From contig JAJHRL010000003.1 in assembly GCA_020832825.1 (NCBI GenBank), forward strand, positions 1-46,765: 46,765 bases of DNA, written 5' to 3'. The DNA comes from Candidatus Aenigmatarchaeota archaeon (GTDB lineage: Archaea > Aenigmatarchaeota > Aenigmatarchaeia > CG10238-14 > SpSt-28). Both the position numbers and the translations under genes were made by a program. This document shows, piece after piece, positions 28,543 through 38,408 of the stretch. Position 1 is the first letter of the stretch. The number at the start of each line of letters is the position of its first letter. The notes under the pieces are model-generated. The model worked only from the letters and a program-made list of their open reading frames with translations. It made no database searches and was not told where the DNA came from.

Positions 28543-28983
28543 AATTTCAACTATATCAGCTGAATTCTTCAAGCTAGAAGAAAATCCTGGCTCAGCACCA
28601 AAAACTATAACCTTTTTACCATATTCCTTTGCTTTTTGTATTAATGGTAAGAAATCCGCATCTCTTGTTGCTAAAGCAATTATTTGAATATCTTTTGTTA
28701 GAATTGCCTCCATAGCTTCAACTGCCAAAGTCACATCTACATCGTTTCCCTCATCTTCTTTTGTTGCCAATACTACTTTTGGTTCAAATCCTTCGTTTAT
28801 AATTGCCTCTATCAGCTTTTCTGGTGCAAATTGATTGATGAAAACTTTTGCTATTACAATTCTACCATACCTAGAAACTCTTTTTTTGAGCTCTTTTAGG
28901 TTTATGGAGAATTCTTTTCTAAGCATGTTAGGTCCATCTACAAAGAGTGCTATGTTTTCTGGTTCATACCTACTTCTTATCAT
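28534..28983 (-). CDS. NYN/LabA (PIN-like) domain protein
   Basis: LFVDGPN, DVDVTLAVEA, TRDADFLP. Confidence 0.88.
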   Translation of the reverse strand: MIRSRYEPENIALFVDGPNMLRKEFSINLKELKKRVSRYGRIVIAKVFINQFAPEKLIEAIINEGFEPKVVLATKEDEGNDVDVTLAVEAMEAILTKDIQIIALATRDADFLPLIQKAKEYGKKVIVFGAEPGFSSSLKNSADIVEILT

Positions 28984-29624
28984 TTTTCACACCAATAGTT
29001 TACTCTAGCTACTCCTTTTAATAGTGTTCGATTGGAAATTAGAATCTCTCCACTAAAATCTAATAGTTGAACTTTAGCACATGGAGGAAAGTTAATAACT
29101 GTTGAAATTTGTCCGTTTAAGAGTTTCTCCAATTTTCCTTTAAAGTTTTCGATCACCATGGACTGTATGAAGATAGGAGCGGAAAAGTAATTAACAATTG
29201 CTTTAAATGTTGTTTTCTCTCCTGTTTGGTAAAGCACGTTGTTAATCTTTAGAGAGTAAGTATGAGCCTCTACCGATATATTCTTCCCCTCCATTTTCAC
29301 TTCACCTTTAGAAACTTGAGCCTCTACTTTGCAATCTAAAGAAGGTAGTTGAATGAGGAGTTTTCCTATTGCTATAGGAGTTACGCAAAGCCCGTCAATA
29401 ACAAGAGTGCCGTTGAGCAAACGAAGGATCTGCTTCTCTTTCATATCTTCATCTAGATAAAGGTTAAAGTTGACTGGTTTCTGAGAAGAAAAAAGAGTTG
29501 AGAAAAAACCGGTCACGGATGGAAAAGATGGTAGCTTTACAAAGGGGGATTCTAGGGGCTTCAAACGAAGAAAAACAGCAAGGAGTAGTAAGAGAAAGAT
29601 AAATAATAGAATCTTCCATTTCAT
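28980..29624 (-). CDS. Membrane-anchored hypothetical protein
   Basis: N-terminal TM, beta-rich remainder, 4-nt overlap with the NYN gene. Confidence 0.7.
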   Translation of the reverse strand: MKWKILLFIFLLLLLAVFLRLKPLESPFVKLPSFPSVTGFFSTLFSSQKPVNFNLYLDEDMKEKQILRLLNGTLVIDGLCVTPIAIGKLLIQLPSLDCKVEAQVSKGEVKMEGKNISVEAHTYSLKINNVLYQTGEKTTFKAIVNYFSAPIFIQSMVIENFKGKLEKLLNGQISTVINFPPCAKVQLLDFSGEILISNRTLLKGVARVNYWCEK

Positions 29625-29680
29625 AACTTTATTTTGTAAAAAAACTATTTATATTTACATTACTATCAGTAAATGAAAGT

Positions 29681-30865
29681 ATGAGAGTTCCTCTCTTTCA
29701 ACTTCAATACGACATTTTTAACATTTTTTGGTTAGTAATCTTCTTCTTTATGATGTTTTTTTATCCGCGTCTGCTTTTATACCAACTCTTGGGCAGGTTT
29801 TTCAAAACTTCCCAACTTTTAGATGAATTAAATGAGAAGAGTAGAAAAAAGCTTTTGGATAGAATTGGAGGAGGTAAGGAAGAAGAAAGTAAAATTAAAA
29901 CTTTCCTCGACTTCTTCGTCATAACACCTGTCTCCTTAGATCCTTTTGGAATAATAAAGAAACTGGAACATCTAATCAATCAAGAAGAATTTAAATTCAG
30001 ATACTTTGCGGATAAAGTGGCAAAGAATCTAAATGAAGAGGAAAAATGGAATTTTATCTCGGCACTTTCAGCCCAAATAGCATTACACCAACTTTCGAAA
30101 ACCGTAAAACATTATATCAAGTTGATAGAAAAGACAAAAAGTTATCAATTAGGATTGCTCATTCAAATACAATTGCCTCTAATAGAGAGATATTCTAAAT
30201 CTCTCTACAAAGCTATCGAAGCCTTTAGTGCTGGTCAACCAATTGGAGACTCAGTAGGAGCACTTGTTGCTGCTTTAATGATGAGTAATAGATCAAGGGA
30301 AATTGATGACGTCGTATATACTTTAGAAAGAATTAATGGAAAAAAAGTAATAGTCGTTAAAGCCAAAGGACCTGGAGCTAGAATAGGTAAGATTGGAAGA
30401 GTTGTTGAAAAATTGGTTAAAATCTTCAAAGTTGAAAAAATCATAACAGTAGATGCTGCAGTTAAGTTGGAAAGTGAAAAAACGGGAGAAATAGCTGAAG
30501 GTGTGGGAGTTGCTATAGGCGGTATTGGAGTAGAAAAAGCAATAATAGAAGAAATTGCAACGAAGAGAGGGGTAACGTTAGATAGCTATGTAATAAAAAT
30601 GAGTCAAGAAGAAGCATTCTATCCTATGAAGGAAGAAATATTAAACGCTGCATTTGAGGTGAAGAAAAAAATAGAAGAAAACATTAGAGAAAGCAAAGAA
30701 AATGTAATAATGGTTGTTGGAGTAGGAAATACATGCGGTATTCCTAACAACAACAAGTTAGAGAAAGTTATTGAGAAGATCAAAAAAGCTTCAGAAGAGA
30801 TAAAACAATGGGAAGAAAGAGAAAGAGCCAAAGAGAAGGAAGTATGGAGTTTTGCAATGTATTAA
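29681..30865 (+). CDS. DUF1512 family protein
   Basis: PVSLDPFGII, GQPIGDSVGALV, KAKGPG, DAAVKLESEKTGEIAEGVGVAIGG, GVGNTCG. Confidence 0.85.
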   Translation: MRVPLFQLQYDIFNIFWLVIFFFMMFFYPRLLLYQLLGRFFKTSQLLDELNEKSRKKLLDRIGGGKEEESKIKTFLDFFVITPVSLDPFGIIKKLEHLINQEEFKFRYFADKVAKNLNEEEKWNFISALSAQIALHQLSKTVKHYIKLIEKTKSYQLGLLIQIQLPLIERYSKSLYKAIEAFSAGQPIGDSVGALVAALMMSNRSREIDDVVYTLERINGKKVIVVKAKGPGARIGKIGRVVEKLVKIFKVEKIITVDAAVKLESEKTGEIAEGVGVAIGGIGVEKAIIEEIATKRGVTLDSYVIKMSQEEAFYPMKEEILNAAFEVKKKIEENIRESKENVIMVVGVGNTCGIPNNNKLEKVIEKIKKASEEIKQWEERERAKEKEVWSFAMY

Positions 30866-30898
30866 AGCTATAAATATGTAAGACAAAATCTTAATTAT

Positions 30899-31684
30899 AT
30901 GACAACTAAGATTATAGTTTTTGAAAAACCAAAACTAAAGGATCCAATCTTTATAGAAGGATTACCTGGAGTTGGAAATGTAGGAAGAGTCGCTGCCGGC
31001 TATCTTGTGGAGGAATTAAAAGCTAAAAAGTTCGCTGAGCTTATTTCTTCACATTTCATGCCCATTGCTGTTATTCCAAGAGGCTCTCAAGTTGAGATGA
31101 TTAAAGCAGAATTTTTTTATTGGAAGGCAAAGAACAAGAATCAAAATGATTTAATAATAATGATTGGAGATAGCCAAAGTGCAGATCCGGAAGGACATTA
31201 TGAAATAGTGGAAGAAGTTTTAAGATTTTTAAAACAGCTCGGCGTTAAAGAAATATTCGCACTAGGCGGACTCAACATTGGCATACCAACAGAAAGACCA
31301 AAAGTGGTGGGGGCAGTTAACGATGTTTCTCTCGAAAAGAAATACCAAAAATACAATATAGTTTTTGACACAAGCCAAAGAGTTGGGAGCATAGTAGGTG
31401 CAGCCGGTCTTTTTGTCGCCCTTGCGAAATATTACGACATCCCTGCAACCTGTTTATTGGGAGAAACATCAGGAATGCCCTTTCTACCCGATCCAAAAAG
31501 CGCAGAGGCTGTTCTCAAGGTGCTCTCTGATATTCTTAACTTAAAGATTGACACCACTAAGCTTGAGAAAAGAATAAAAGAAATGAAAGAATTCATGAGA
31601 AGAGTAGAGGCTATGCAATCGCAACTCTTGCGCTCTCATCTACCACCAACGGAGAAGAAAGAAGAGCTTAGCTACATTGGTTAG
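30899..31684 (+). CDS. Proteasome assembly chaperone (PAC2) family protein
   Basis: IEGLPGVGNVG, GDSQ, CLLGET, DPKSA, C-terminal YIG. Confidence 0.9.
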   Translation: MTTKIIVFEKPKLKDPIFIEGLPGVGNVGRVAAGYLVEELKAKKFAELISSHFMPIAVIPRGSQVEMIKAEFFYWKAKNKNQNDLIIMIGDSQSADPEGHYEIVEEVLRFLKQLGVKEIFALGGLNIGIPTERPKVVGAVNDVSLEKKYQKYNIVFDTSQRVGSIVGAAGLFVALAKYYDIPATCLLGETSGMPFLPDPKSAEAVLKVLSDILNLKIDTTKLEKRIKEMKEFMRRVEAMQSQLLRSHLPPTEKKEELSYIG

Positions 31685-31850
31685 TCTTCTTCATTTCTTC
31701 TAACTCTTTCTTGAATCTCTCAATAACTCTTGGTAAATCTTTGTCTTCGACTCTAAAAATTTTTGCCGCCTCTTTTAGAATTCTGTATTTCTTTTTCAAT
31801 TCTTCAAATTCGTCTCTCATTTTCTCAACCTTTTCCTTTCTTTCTTCCAT
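31668..31850 (-). CDS. 60-aa helical protein homologous to the AlaRS C-terminal helical segment
   Basis: RILKEAAKIFRVEDKDLPRVIERFKKE vs AlaRS RILKEVAEKLGVEEEKVVEASKKLFEE; overlaps the alaS 3' end; GAGG upstream. Confidence 0.7.
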   Translation of the reverse strand: MEERKEKVEKMRDEFEELKKKYRILKEAAKIFRVEDKDLPRVIERFKKELEEMKKTNQCS

Positions 31851-34165
31851 TCCTCAAACAATTTTTTACTCGCTTCAACAACCTTTTCTTCTTCAACACC
31901 AAGTTTTTCAGCTACTTCCTTCAATATTCTCTCTTTTTCCTTCAAATAATTCAAAGCAATTTCCCCGCTACAAAATTCTATTCTAACAACACCATCTTGA
32001 ATTCTCTTTGACCTAATTATTTTTATGAATCCTACTTCCCCTGTTGAATCGCAATGCGTGCCTCCGCATGCCTCATGATCTATTTCATTTATAGATACTA
32101 TTCTCAACATTCTTTCTGAAACAGCTCCTCCTTGATATATTCCAAATCCGTATTTTTGTTCGGCTTCTTGTCTTGACAAAATCTCAGTTTTAACTATTAA
32201 GTCTCTTTCAACAATTTGATTAGCCAAACTTTCAATTTTTTCCAATTCTTCTTCACTTAAAGCATCATAGTGAGTTATATCTAGCCTTGCTTTATCTATA
32301 CCTTTGAAGGCAGAATGCTGAAATACATGTTTACCTAAGATTAACCTAGCTGCCGCGTTAAGTATGTGGGTTGCCGTATGATGTTTCTTTAAAATTTCCC
32401 TTCTTTTTCTATCAACTACACAGTGAACAATTTTGCCTTCTTCAATAGGTTCTTCCAATTTATGTAAAATCACTTTTCTGATTTTTTTCACGTCTAAGAC
32501 CTTAATTCCATTAATTTCACCAACGTCATGGAGCTGACCACCAGACTCTGGATAAAAAGCAGTTTTATCAAGCGCGACCCAATTGCCTTCAAACACTTTT
32601 AAAACTTTAGCGTTAAATTCAAAAACTTCTGGTTTTTGATAGTATAATATCTCAGTTGGTGGTAAACTGCTTACATCAAACTTTAATTCATGTTCTTTTA
32701 ACTTTCCTCCCTTATGTCTTTCTGTAACCTTGCTATAAAATTTTGGAGGAATGTTTATCCTTAAGCCTGCTTCAACGAGAAGTTCGGGATTTATTCCATA
32801 GGAATCATAAAGCGTAATCAATTCCTCTTCGCTTGGGGTTCTATTCTCTTTGAGTAAAATTTCAACTATCTTCTTCATTTTTTCCCTAGATTTTTTATAT
32901 CTTTCCATCTCGATTTTGATAGCTTTCTCTACATACTCTCTGCTCTCTTCAAGTTTTGGAAAAAGTTTTTTTAGATAATCAACATGCCAATTCATTATGT
33001 CTAAAACATTAATATCCCATTTGAATCTATCTATAAGGCTTAGTGCTCTTCTCAAAATAACTCTCAAGTTATAACCACCGCCAACATTGCTTATTACTGC
33101 GCCATCCGATAAAGCAAAAAGCAATGCCCTCGAATGATCTACTATAGAATAAAGAGCTTGTAATGGTTCAATATTTTTTTCTAACTCTTCTAATGATATA
33201 CCAAGCCGAGTTGCTATTTTTTTCTTAGCGGAAATCATATCCTCTATTTCATCTACATTTATCCTTCCAGAAATTTTAGCATACTTGAGAAAAAGGTTCT
33301 CATCATAATTTATTCCAATCACTTTCTTCAATTTCTCGATTATCGGTTTAAAAACTACATCATAGCTTGTGGGAGTTCCGTGTGTTATCCATGTTAGTCT
33401 TTCTAAACCTGCACCCATGTCTATTACTTTAACTTCCATTTCCCTGTACTTTTCAGGAGTCCCCTCAAATTGAGTAAAAACAGTATTTCCGAGCTCAAGA
33501 CCTCTTACATGATACTCCAGAGACGGACCAAATGCGACTGGACTAAGCCAAATATCTTCAATAAAAACTATTTCTTCTTTTGGTATTCCAAGAATTTTTG
33601 TTAAAAACTCAAAATCTAATTCAATAGCTTCATTTTTCCAATATCCGCTTTTCCCGTCGAAAAGAGATGTTTGCTGAACCATCAAAAATGAGGTATAAGA
33701 TCTACCATTTACTCCAACATTTTGTATGTCGTTAAATCTAAGGCATGGTTGAAGCATAATAGTTGGATTTGCGGGAGCTTCAAAATTCAAGTTACCATTC
33801 TCATCAATCCTATAAAAATTTACAATTCCTGCATCTGTAAAATAGAGAGAGGGCCACCACCTACATAATATTGGATAGGCATTCAAGAAAGTATGACCTC
33901 TCTTAACAAAAAAGTCTTTTATACGTTCCCAAGCCTCAAAATACTCCATTCTCTTTTTCGTTGGCGGATCACCAATAAAATCGTAAGATCTACAGGATGA
34001 GTCATTACAAGTTTCTTGATTAGTTAGACTCCAAAAATATTTTCCACAATTTTTGCACTGCTTTCTTTCAAACCCTTCTCTTTCAAACAATTCAACTTTC
34101 CAGTATTTCTCTGGCTCTTTTTGGAAGATTCTCAATATCTCAAGCTTATTGGTCATATTCCTCAT
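31817..34165 (-). CDS. alaS: Alanyl-tRNA synthetase (archaeal type, lacking C-Ala globular domain)
   Basis: QPCLRFNDI, GLELGN, IDMGAGLER, IVDHSR, GGGYNLR, editing HHTATH and ACGGTH. Confidence 0.95.
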   Translation of the reverse strand: MRNMTNKLEILRIFQKEPEKYWKVELFEREGFERKQCKNCGKYFWSLTNQETCNDSSCRSYDFIGDPPTKKRMEYFEAWERIKDFFVKRGHTFLNAYPILCRWWPSLYFTDAGIVNFYRIDENGNLNFEAPANPTIMLQPCLRFNDIQNVGVNGRSYTSFLMVQQTSLFDGKSGYWKNEAIELDFEFLTKILGIPKEEIVFIEDIWLSPVAFGPSLEYHVRGLELGNTVFTQFEGTPEKYREMEVKVIDMGAGLERLTWITHGTPTSYDVVFKPIIEKLKKVIGINYDENLFLKYAKISGRINVDEIEDMISAKKKIATRLGISLEELEKNIEPLQALYSIVDHSRALLFALSDGAVISNVGGGYNLRVILRRALSLIDRFKWDINVLDIMNWHVDYLKKLFPKLEESREYVEKAIKIEMERYKKSREKMKKIVEILLKENRTPSEEELITLYDSYGINPELLVEAGLRINIPPKFYSKVTERHKGGKLKEHELKFDVSSLPPTEILYYQKPEVFEFNAKVLKVFEGNWVALDKTAFYPESGGQLHDVGEINGIKVLDVKKIRKVILHKLEEPIEEGKIVHCVVDRKRREILKKHHTATHILNAAARLILGKHVFQHSAFKGIDKARLDITHYDALSEEELEKIESLANQIVERDLIVKTEILSRQEAEQKYGFGIYQGGAVSERMLRIVSINEIDHEACGGTHCDSTGEVGFIKIIRSKRIQDGVVRIEFCSGEIALNYLKEKERILKEVAEKLGVEEEKVVEASKKLFEEWKKERKRLRK

Positions 34166-34197
34166 TTTTTTGTAGGGTTTTAAACTTTAGATTGAAT

Positions 34198-34203
34198 TTT
34201 AAA
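34198..34203 (+). promoter_or_regulatory. TATA box of tRNA-Ile
   Basis: TTTAAA beginning 29 nt upstream of tRNA position 1. Confidence 0.55.
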
Positions 34204-34226
34204 TGCTAATCCAAAAAATTAATATT

Positions 34227-34318
34227 GGGCTCGTAGCTTAGCCTGGTGGAGCACCCGCCTTATATGGCGATGCTCCTAGGAAAGCGGGGGGTCGTGGGTT
34301 CAAATCCCACCGAGCCCA
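34227..34318 (+). tRNA. tRNA-Ile(TAT) with 18-nt intron at 37/38 (34265-34282)
   Basis: Acceptor GGGCTCG/CGAGCCC plus A73, anticodon stem CCCGC/GCGGG, CT-TAT-A|A, complete BHB (CTTA:TAGG helix, TAT and AAA bulges). Confidence 0.92.
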
Positions 34319-34356
34319 CTACTTCATTCTTATTAGTATGGGAGATAAAAATAGAA

Positions 34357-35250
34357 ATGAACAGTGGGCAAACAAGCGAGGAGAAAAAGAGCTCTCCTAT
34401 AACTCTTCTAGTAATTATTGGCCTCGCTACTGTTTTCGTAGTACTTATTTTTGCTATGTTTACTCCTTCTTCCAAATCCTCCCGTCAAATTGCAAGTATA
34501 GTAGCAAAGTTCAATGGAAATACAACTTTGAAGTCAAACAGTTTTTTCAACTTAAATTTCACAATCGGTAACCCTTATGACATTTCACTAGAGAACGTAA
34601 GAATATGGGTAGAGGCTGCTCCTGAATTGTTTAGTTTCTCCTATAATCCTTTAAATGAAACTACTACTTTGAGAAGTTTTTCCTCAATTTTACCGAGAAA
34701 AAATGTAACTTACTTCTTGGCAAATGTTAAAGTTGAAAGAGTATATACGCAAATGAAGAACATTCCTGTAGTTCTGAAAATTTTATACACTTCAAAAATT
34801 TCAAAAAATTTCACTATAAATGTTGCTAGGAAAGAGGCTTTAAAGTGGTATGGTGGTGTTGAAAATTTGGGAATAAAAAGTTTAGGAAAAAACGAGAAAG
34901 CGCCTCTTGTTATTTCTTTCTTGTTTGATCCTAAAAGGTTTATTTTCGAAAAAGGAAAGAACGAAGTTGCTACATTTAAGATAGTTATCGAAGATGTAGG
35001 AGGTGGAAGATGCGTAAAAGATATGAAAATTAAAGGCAGCAGCAATGCAAATTTAGTATGTAAATATGAAAACAATAAGCTTGTAGGTTCTTTCGAGTTT
35101 TTAGCAAAACCATCGAAAAAGATAGAGATACCATGCAACTATACATTTTCATATCTAGAAAACAGAAATTTTGACAGTGTGCCTTCCTCTCTTGAAGTAA
35201 GTTGCGAATATTTAGAAACCAAAACCTTTTTATTCACGATAGCTCCTTAA
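34357..35250 (+). CDS. Membrane-anchored beta-rich (Ig-like) hypothetical protein
   Basis: TM ITLLVIIGLATVFVVLIFAMF; start moved to ATG 34357 because the ORF-track start lies inside tRNA-Ile. Confidence 0.75.
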   Translation: MNSGQTSEEKKSSPITLLVIIGLATVFVVLIFAMFTPSSKSSRQIASIVAKFNGNTTLKSNSFFNLNFTIGNPYDISLENVRIWVEAAPELFSFSYNPLNETTTLRSFSSILPRKNVTYFLANVKVERVYTQMKNIPVVLKILYTSKISKNFTINVARKEALKWYGGVENLGIKSLGKNEKAPLVISFLFDPKRFIFEKGKNEVATFKIVIEDVGGGRCVKDMKIKGSSNANLVCKYENNKLVGSFEFLAKPSKKIEIPCNYTFSYLENRNFDSVPSSLEVSCEYLETKTFLFTIAP

Positions 35251-35257
35251 TCAAACT

Positions 35258-36418
35258 TCACGCTCTATGAACAATCTCAATTACATCCCCATCTTTAAGC
35301 TCATACTCAGATGAAAGCCTCATCTTAGTTCTAGCATCAATGCCACAAATAAATTTTTCCCCAATTTCTGTATGTATAGAAAATGCAAGCTCTTTAAGTG
35401 TTGTTCCTTTTCTAACTAATAAAGCATCAGGTAAAATATTTCCTTTCGTATCAGAGAGCCTATCTTTATTGGCAACAGGATAGACAACTATGTAACCTAG
35501 CACTTCGAAAACTGTAAAGTTTAATGCTTTTTGAATCCCTGTTGATCCAAACTTTTTGAGTACATTTTCCTTTATTAATTCCAACGCTTTTTGTTGCTCA
35601 TAGGTTAGGTTGCCTTTAATGACAAAATTTTCGCTTCCTGGAAAGTAGTCTATTAATCCTTTAGCAGCAGCTAGTCTTAAAGCAATCTCAGCCTCAGCAC
35701 TAGCTGGGATTATGTTTTTGTACCTATCCTTTAGTCTCTCGTAGTTTTTTTGTGCACTTTCCAAGTCTACCTTATTCGCAACAATAATTATAGGCTTTGA
35801 AATTTCCCTCAGACACCTAGCAAAATCTTCTAGATTTTCTATTCCACAAATCTCTAGAGCTCTTTCTATCTCTTTCCTTTCCACTTCCAACCCACTTAGT
35901 TGCTTCATTAGAATGGTAATTAATTCCTCTTTGGAGAGATTTTTCAACCTTGATTTATATTTTTCAATTCCCCTCTCTATAATACTTCTAAACCACGCAT
36001 TTATCTCATTCTCAACAAATTCTATATCCTTCTCAACATCATAGTTTTCAGTCGGTTTTCCTTCTTCATCCGTCAAACCAGAAAAGTCTACAACATGAAT
36101 TAAAGCCTTCGTTTTTCTTGCCTCATCTAAAAACCTTAAACCTAATCCTTTTCCTTCATGTGCTCCAGGAACTATTCCTGGCAGATCCCATAATTCTATT
36201 GGAATAAATCTTATACCATTTATACAAGCTCCCTGTTTTGGGTTACACTTTACGTTGAACTCCTTACATACGCATTCTTTAGTTACATATGCTATAGCTA
36301 TATTTGGTTTAAGTGTAGTAAAAGGAACTGGTGATATTTTAACATCTTGTAGTGTTGCAGCCTTCAAAAAGGAGGATTTCCCCGCATTCGGTTTGCCAAC
36401 TAATCCAATTTCTATCAT
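35258..36418 (-). CDS. ychF: YchF/OBG-family NTPase (archaeal type) with TGS domain
   Basis: GKPNAGKSS, PFTT, DLPGIVPGAHEGKGLG, NKVD, LPDA, TGS end. Confidence 0.92.
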   Translation of the reverse strand: MIEIGLVGKPNAGKSSFLKAATLQDVKISPVPFTTLKPNIAIAYVTKECVCKEFNVKCNPKQGACINGIRFIPIELWDLPGIVPGAHEGKGLGLRFLDEARKTKALIHVVDFSGLTDEEGKPTENYDVEKDIEFVENEINAWFRSIIERGIEKYKSRLKNLSKEELITILMKQLSGLEVERKEIERALEICGIENLEDFARCLREISKPIIIVANKVDLESAQKNYERLKDRYKNIIPASAEAEIALRLAAAKGLIDYFPGSENFVIKGNLTYEQQKALELIKENVLKKFGSTGIQKALNFTVFEVLGYIVVYPVANKDRLSDTKGNILPDALLVRKGTTLKELAFSIHTEIGEKFICGIDARTKMRLSSEYELKDGDVIEIVHRA

Positions 36419-36456
36419 TTCCTTCAATTAATTAAAAAAAAAAATAAAAATAAAGT

Positions 36457-37056
36457 TTAAAGGGGTAGTGATGTAGTTCTGAATGAACTGAAGAGTTGAA
36501 GTAGTGAAGAAAGTGAAACTGATCTAGAGATGTAAATTGCCAGTGTTAAGTAAAAGGTTGCACCAACTGCTAGCATGAGTAAGCTTACTGCTACCCAAAT
36601 TGTAACTATATCTAGCTTGAAACTTTCCTTTAAAACTCTAAACGCCCCAGCAAAAGCAATTGCGAAATAAAGGGTAAAAAGTAAAGCTCCTAGAGCTACT
36701 GCAACCTTTTCTTGCCATCTGAAGATTACCGAAATCAATAGCGAAGAGAAAGCTACTCCAAAGAAAGGATAGACGAAAGCTATTAAAGCACCTGTAAAAT
36801 CTCCTTTACCTCCAAGTGTTGTTAGAATGGTTTGGGTAAAGAAGGCAACCACTAAAGTTCCTATTATTCCTCCGGTAAGGACTAGAGGTATTAGCGAAAA
36901 ATTCTGTGAAGGTAATCCTAGAGCTAAACTAAGAAAAATCCAGTCAATTACTAGCATTACTAACGCCTCGTTTGCATTTTTTTCCTTCGCTACTTTCGCT
37001 AGCGTCTCATGCGGTGCTGTTAAAAGCTCTTTTAGGAGTCGAGCCGTTATTGGCAT
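36457..37056 (-). CDS. YIP1-family multi-TM membrane protein
   Basis: LLTAPHETL, LGGKGDF, about five to six TM helices. Confidence 0.7.
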   Translation of the reverse strand: MPITARLLKELLTAPHETLAKVAKEKNANEALVMLVIDWIFLSLALGLPSQNFSLIPLVLTGGIIGTLVVAFFTQTILTTLGGKGDFTGALIAFVYPFFGVAFSSLLISVIFRWQEKVAVALGALLFTLYFAIAFAGAFRVLKESFKLDIVTIWVAVSLLMLAVGATFYLTLAIYISRSVSLSSLLQLFSSFRTTSLPL

Positions 37057-37086
37057 AATGGTTGTTAAATTTTATATTTAAATGCT

Positions 37087-37332
37087 TCAAGCTTCTTCTT
37101 TTGCCATTTGATAAATCTCTCTTACCATCTTCTCTATACTTGAGATTTTCTCCGCTAGCAACTCATATTGAAGTTTTAAAGCGTCTATCTTTGCCATCAA
37201 GATTTCCATTTCTGGTTTTTGTTTCTCTTGAGTTGGTGCTTCTACATTTTTTACTTGCTGCAGTTGTTGGATAGGCGGAAAAACGGGCTCTTCCTTCTTC
37301 TCCTTTCTAAACGGGTTTCTAATCTTAAACAT
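37087..37332 (-). CDS. Small coiled-coil hypothetical protein
   Basis: MEILMAKIDALKLQYELLAEKISSIEK heptads. Confidence 0.7.
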   Translation of the reverse strand: MFKIRNPFRKEKKEEPVFPPIQQLQQVKNVEAPTQEKQKPEMEILMAKIDALKLQYELLAEKISSIEKMVREIYQMAKEEA

Positions 37333-37360
37333 TCTTGATTTTGCTTCTCTAACTTAAAAG

Positions 37361-37858
37361 CTATTCTAACTTAAGCAAAGATTTATAAGCTCGTAGAATC
37401 TTCTCGATCATCTCGCTACACATTTTTATATACTGTCTCCTTACTCTAAAGTAAAAAAAGAAATTGTAGAGCCAGAGAAGAGTTTTATAAAACGATGACT
37501 GTTGAAATGGTGTAATCAGCTTAAATTCAGTTTTAAGTTTACCTCCAATAAGGATAGTAAGCGTTCCATCTTTAGATGGATCTGTAGGTTGATTTCCGTC
37601 CATTACTATTTCAAAATAAATAGTGCTTCTTGCATCCATTCTTTTCTCAACAATTATTCTTGCATGAAATCCTCTTGGGTCAGAAGCTATACTCCACACA
37701 AATTCCCTTTCCTGATAATCTGCAGGATCGATCTCAATAGCTGCACGAAGAAGGCTATAAGCGGATTGATAAGCTTGGAATGGATTTGGTCCTTTATATA
37801 CAATTTTGACATGTCTCTCTGGAGCCAAACAATCGTCTTCTAAAATCCATACTGGCAT
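37361..37858 (-). CDS. Hypothetical protein, paralog B of tandem pair
   Basis: Shares EDCL-like, Y.GPNP, ER.F.W, K.MD and G.L.T.Y/F motifs with 37860-38408. Confidence 0.8.
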   Translation of the reverse strand: MPVWILEDDCLAPERHVKIVYKGPNPFQAYQSAYSLLRAAIEIDPADYQEREFVWSIASDPRGFHARIIVEKRMDARSTIYFEIVMDGNQPTDPSKDGTLTILIGGKLKTEFKLITPFQQSSFYKTLLWLYNFFFYFRVRRQYIKMCSEMIEKILRAYKSLLKLE

Positions 37859-37859
37859 A

Positions 37860-38408
37860 TTATCTCCTAGGTAGCGTATTTAGAAACTCTTTAATCGAGG
37901 AATGTAACTGCATCATGAGATTTGCACACTCTCGTTTATACTTCATTCTAGCTTCTTCATATATGAATTTATGATAAAACGTCCTAAAAAGTTCGTAAAG
38001 CAAACTTCTTTGCCAAAGTGTATCTTGTGGATACTCTGTTCTTAGCATACCCTCAATAGTAATAGAAAGATCTCCTTCCTTTCCTACTTCCTTACTTGGC
38101 CTTATTTTTCCTTTCATCGTTACACTTATTTGAATGTAGCTAAACCTATCCATATCTTTTATTACATCAAACCTTACAGAGAATTTTTCTTCCATTCCTT
38201 CTCTCATCCAACTAAAATCTCTTTCTATTATTTCGGTTTCCGGAACTTTGGTTATTTGAGATAGAATCTTTTTTGTTTGATAGTATGCTGCTTGAGGATT
38301 TGGACCGGAATATTCTAAAGTTATAAACTTCTTGCCTGGAAAAGGAGACCCAGGCACTTCCAAACAATCCTCATGAATTACCAACTTTGTTCTCGCAAAT
38401 ATTGGCAT
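37860..38408 (-). CDS. Hypothetical protein, paralog A of tandem pair
   Basis: Same motifs as paralog B; TATTAA box 26 nt upstream of the ATG. Confidence 0.8.
   Translation of the reverse strand: MPIFARTKLVIHEDCLEVPGSPFPGKKFITLEYSGPNPQAAYYQTKKILSQITKVPETEIIERDFSWMREGMEEKFSVRFDVIKDMDRFSYIQISVTMKGKIRPSKEVGKEGDLSITIEGMLRTEYPQDTLWQRSLLYELFRTFYHKFIYEEARMKYKRECANLMMQLHSSIKEFLNTLPRR

Noticed and set aside
34246-34356. N-terminal extension of ORF 34246-35250
   Set aside because: It is a translation of tRNA-Ile; ATG 34357 is the better start
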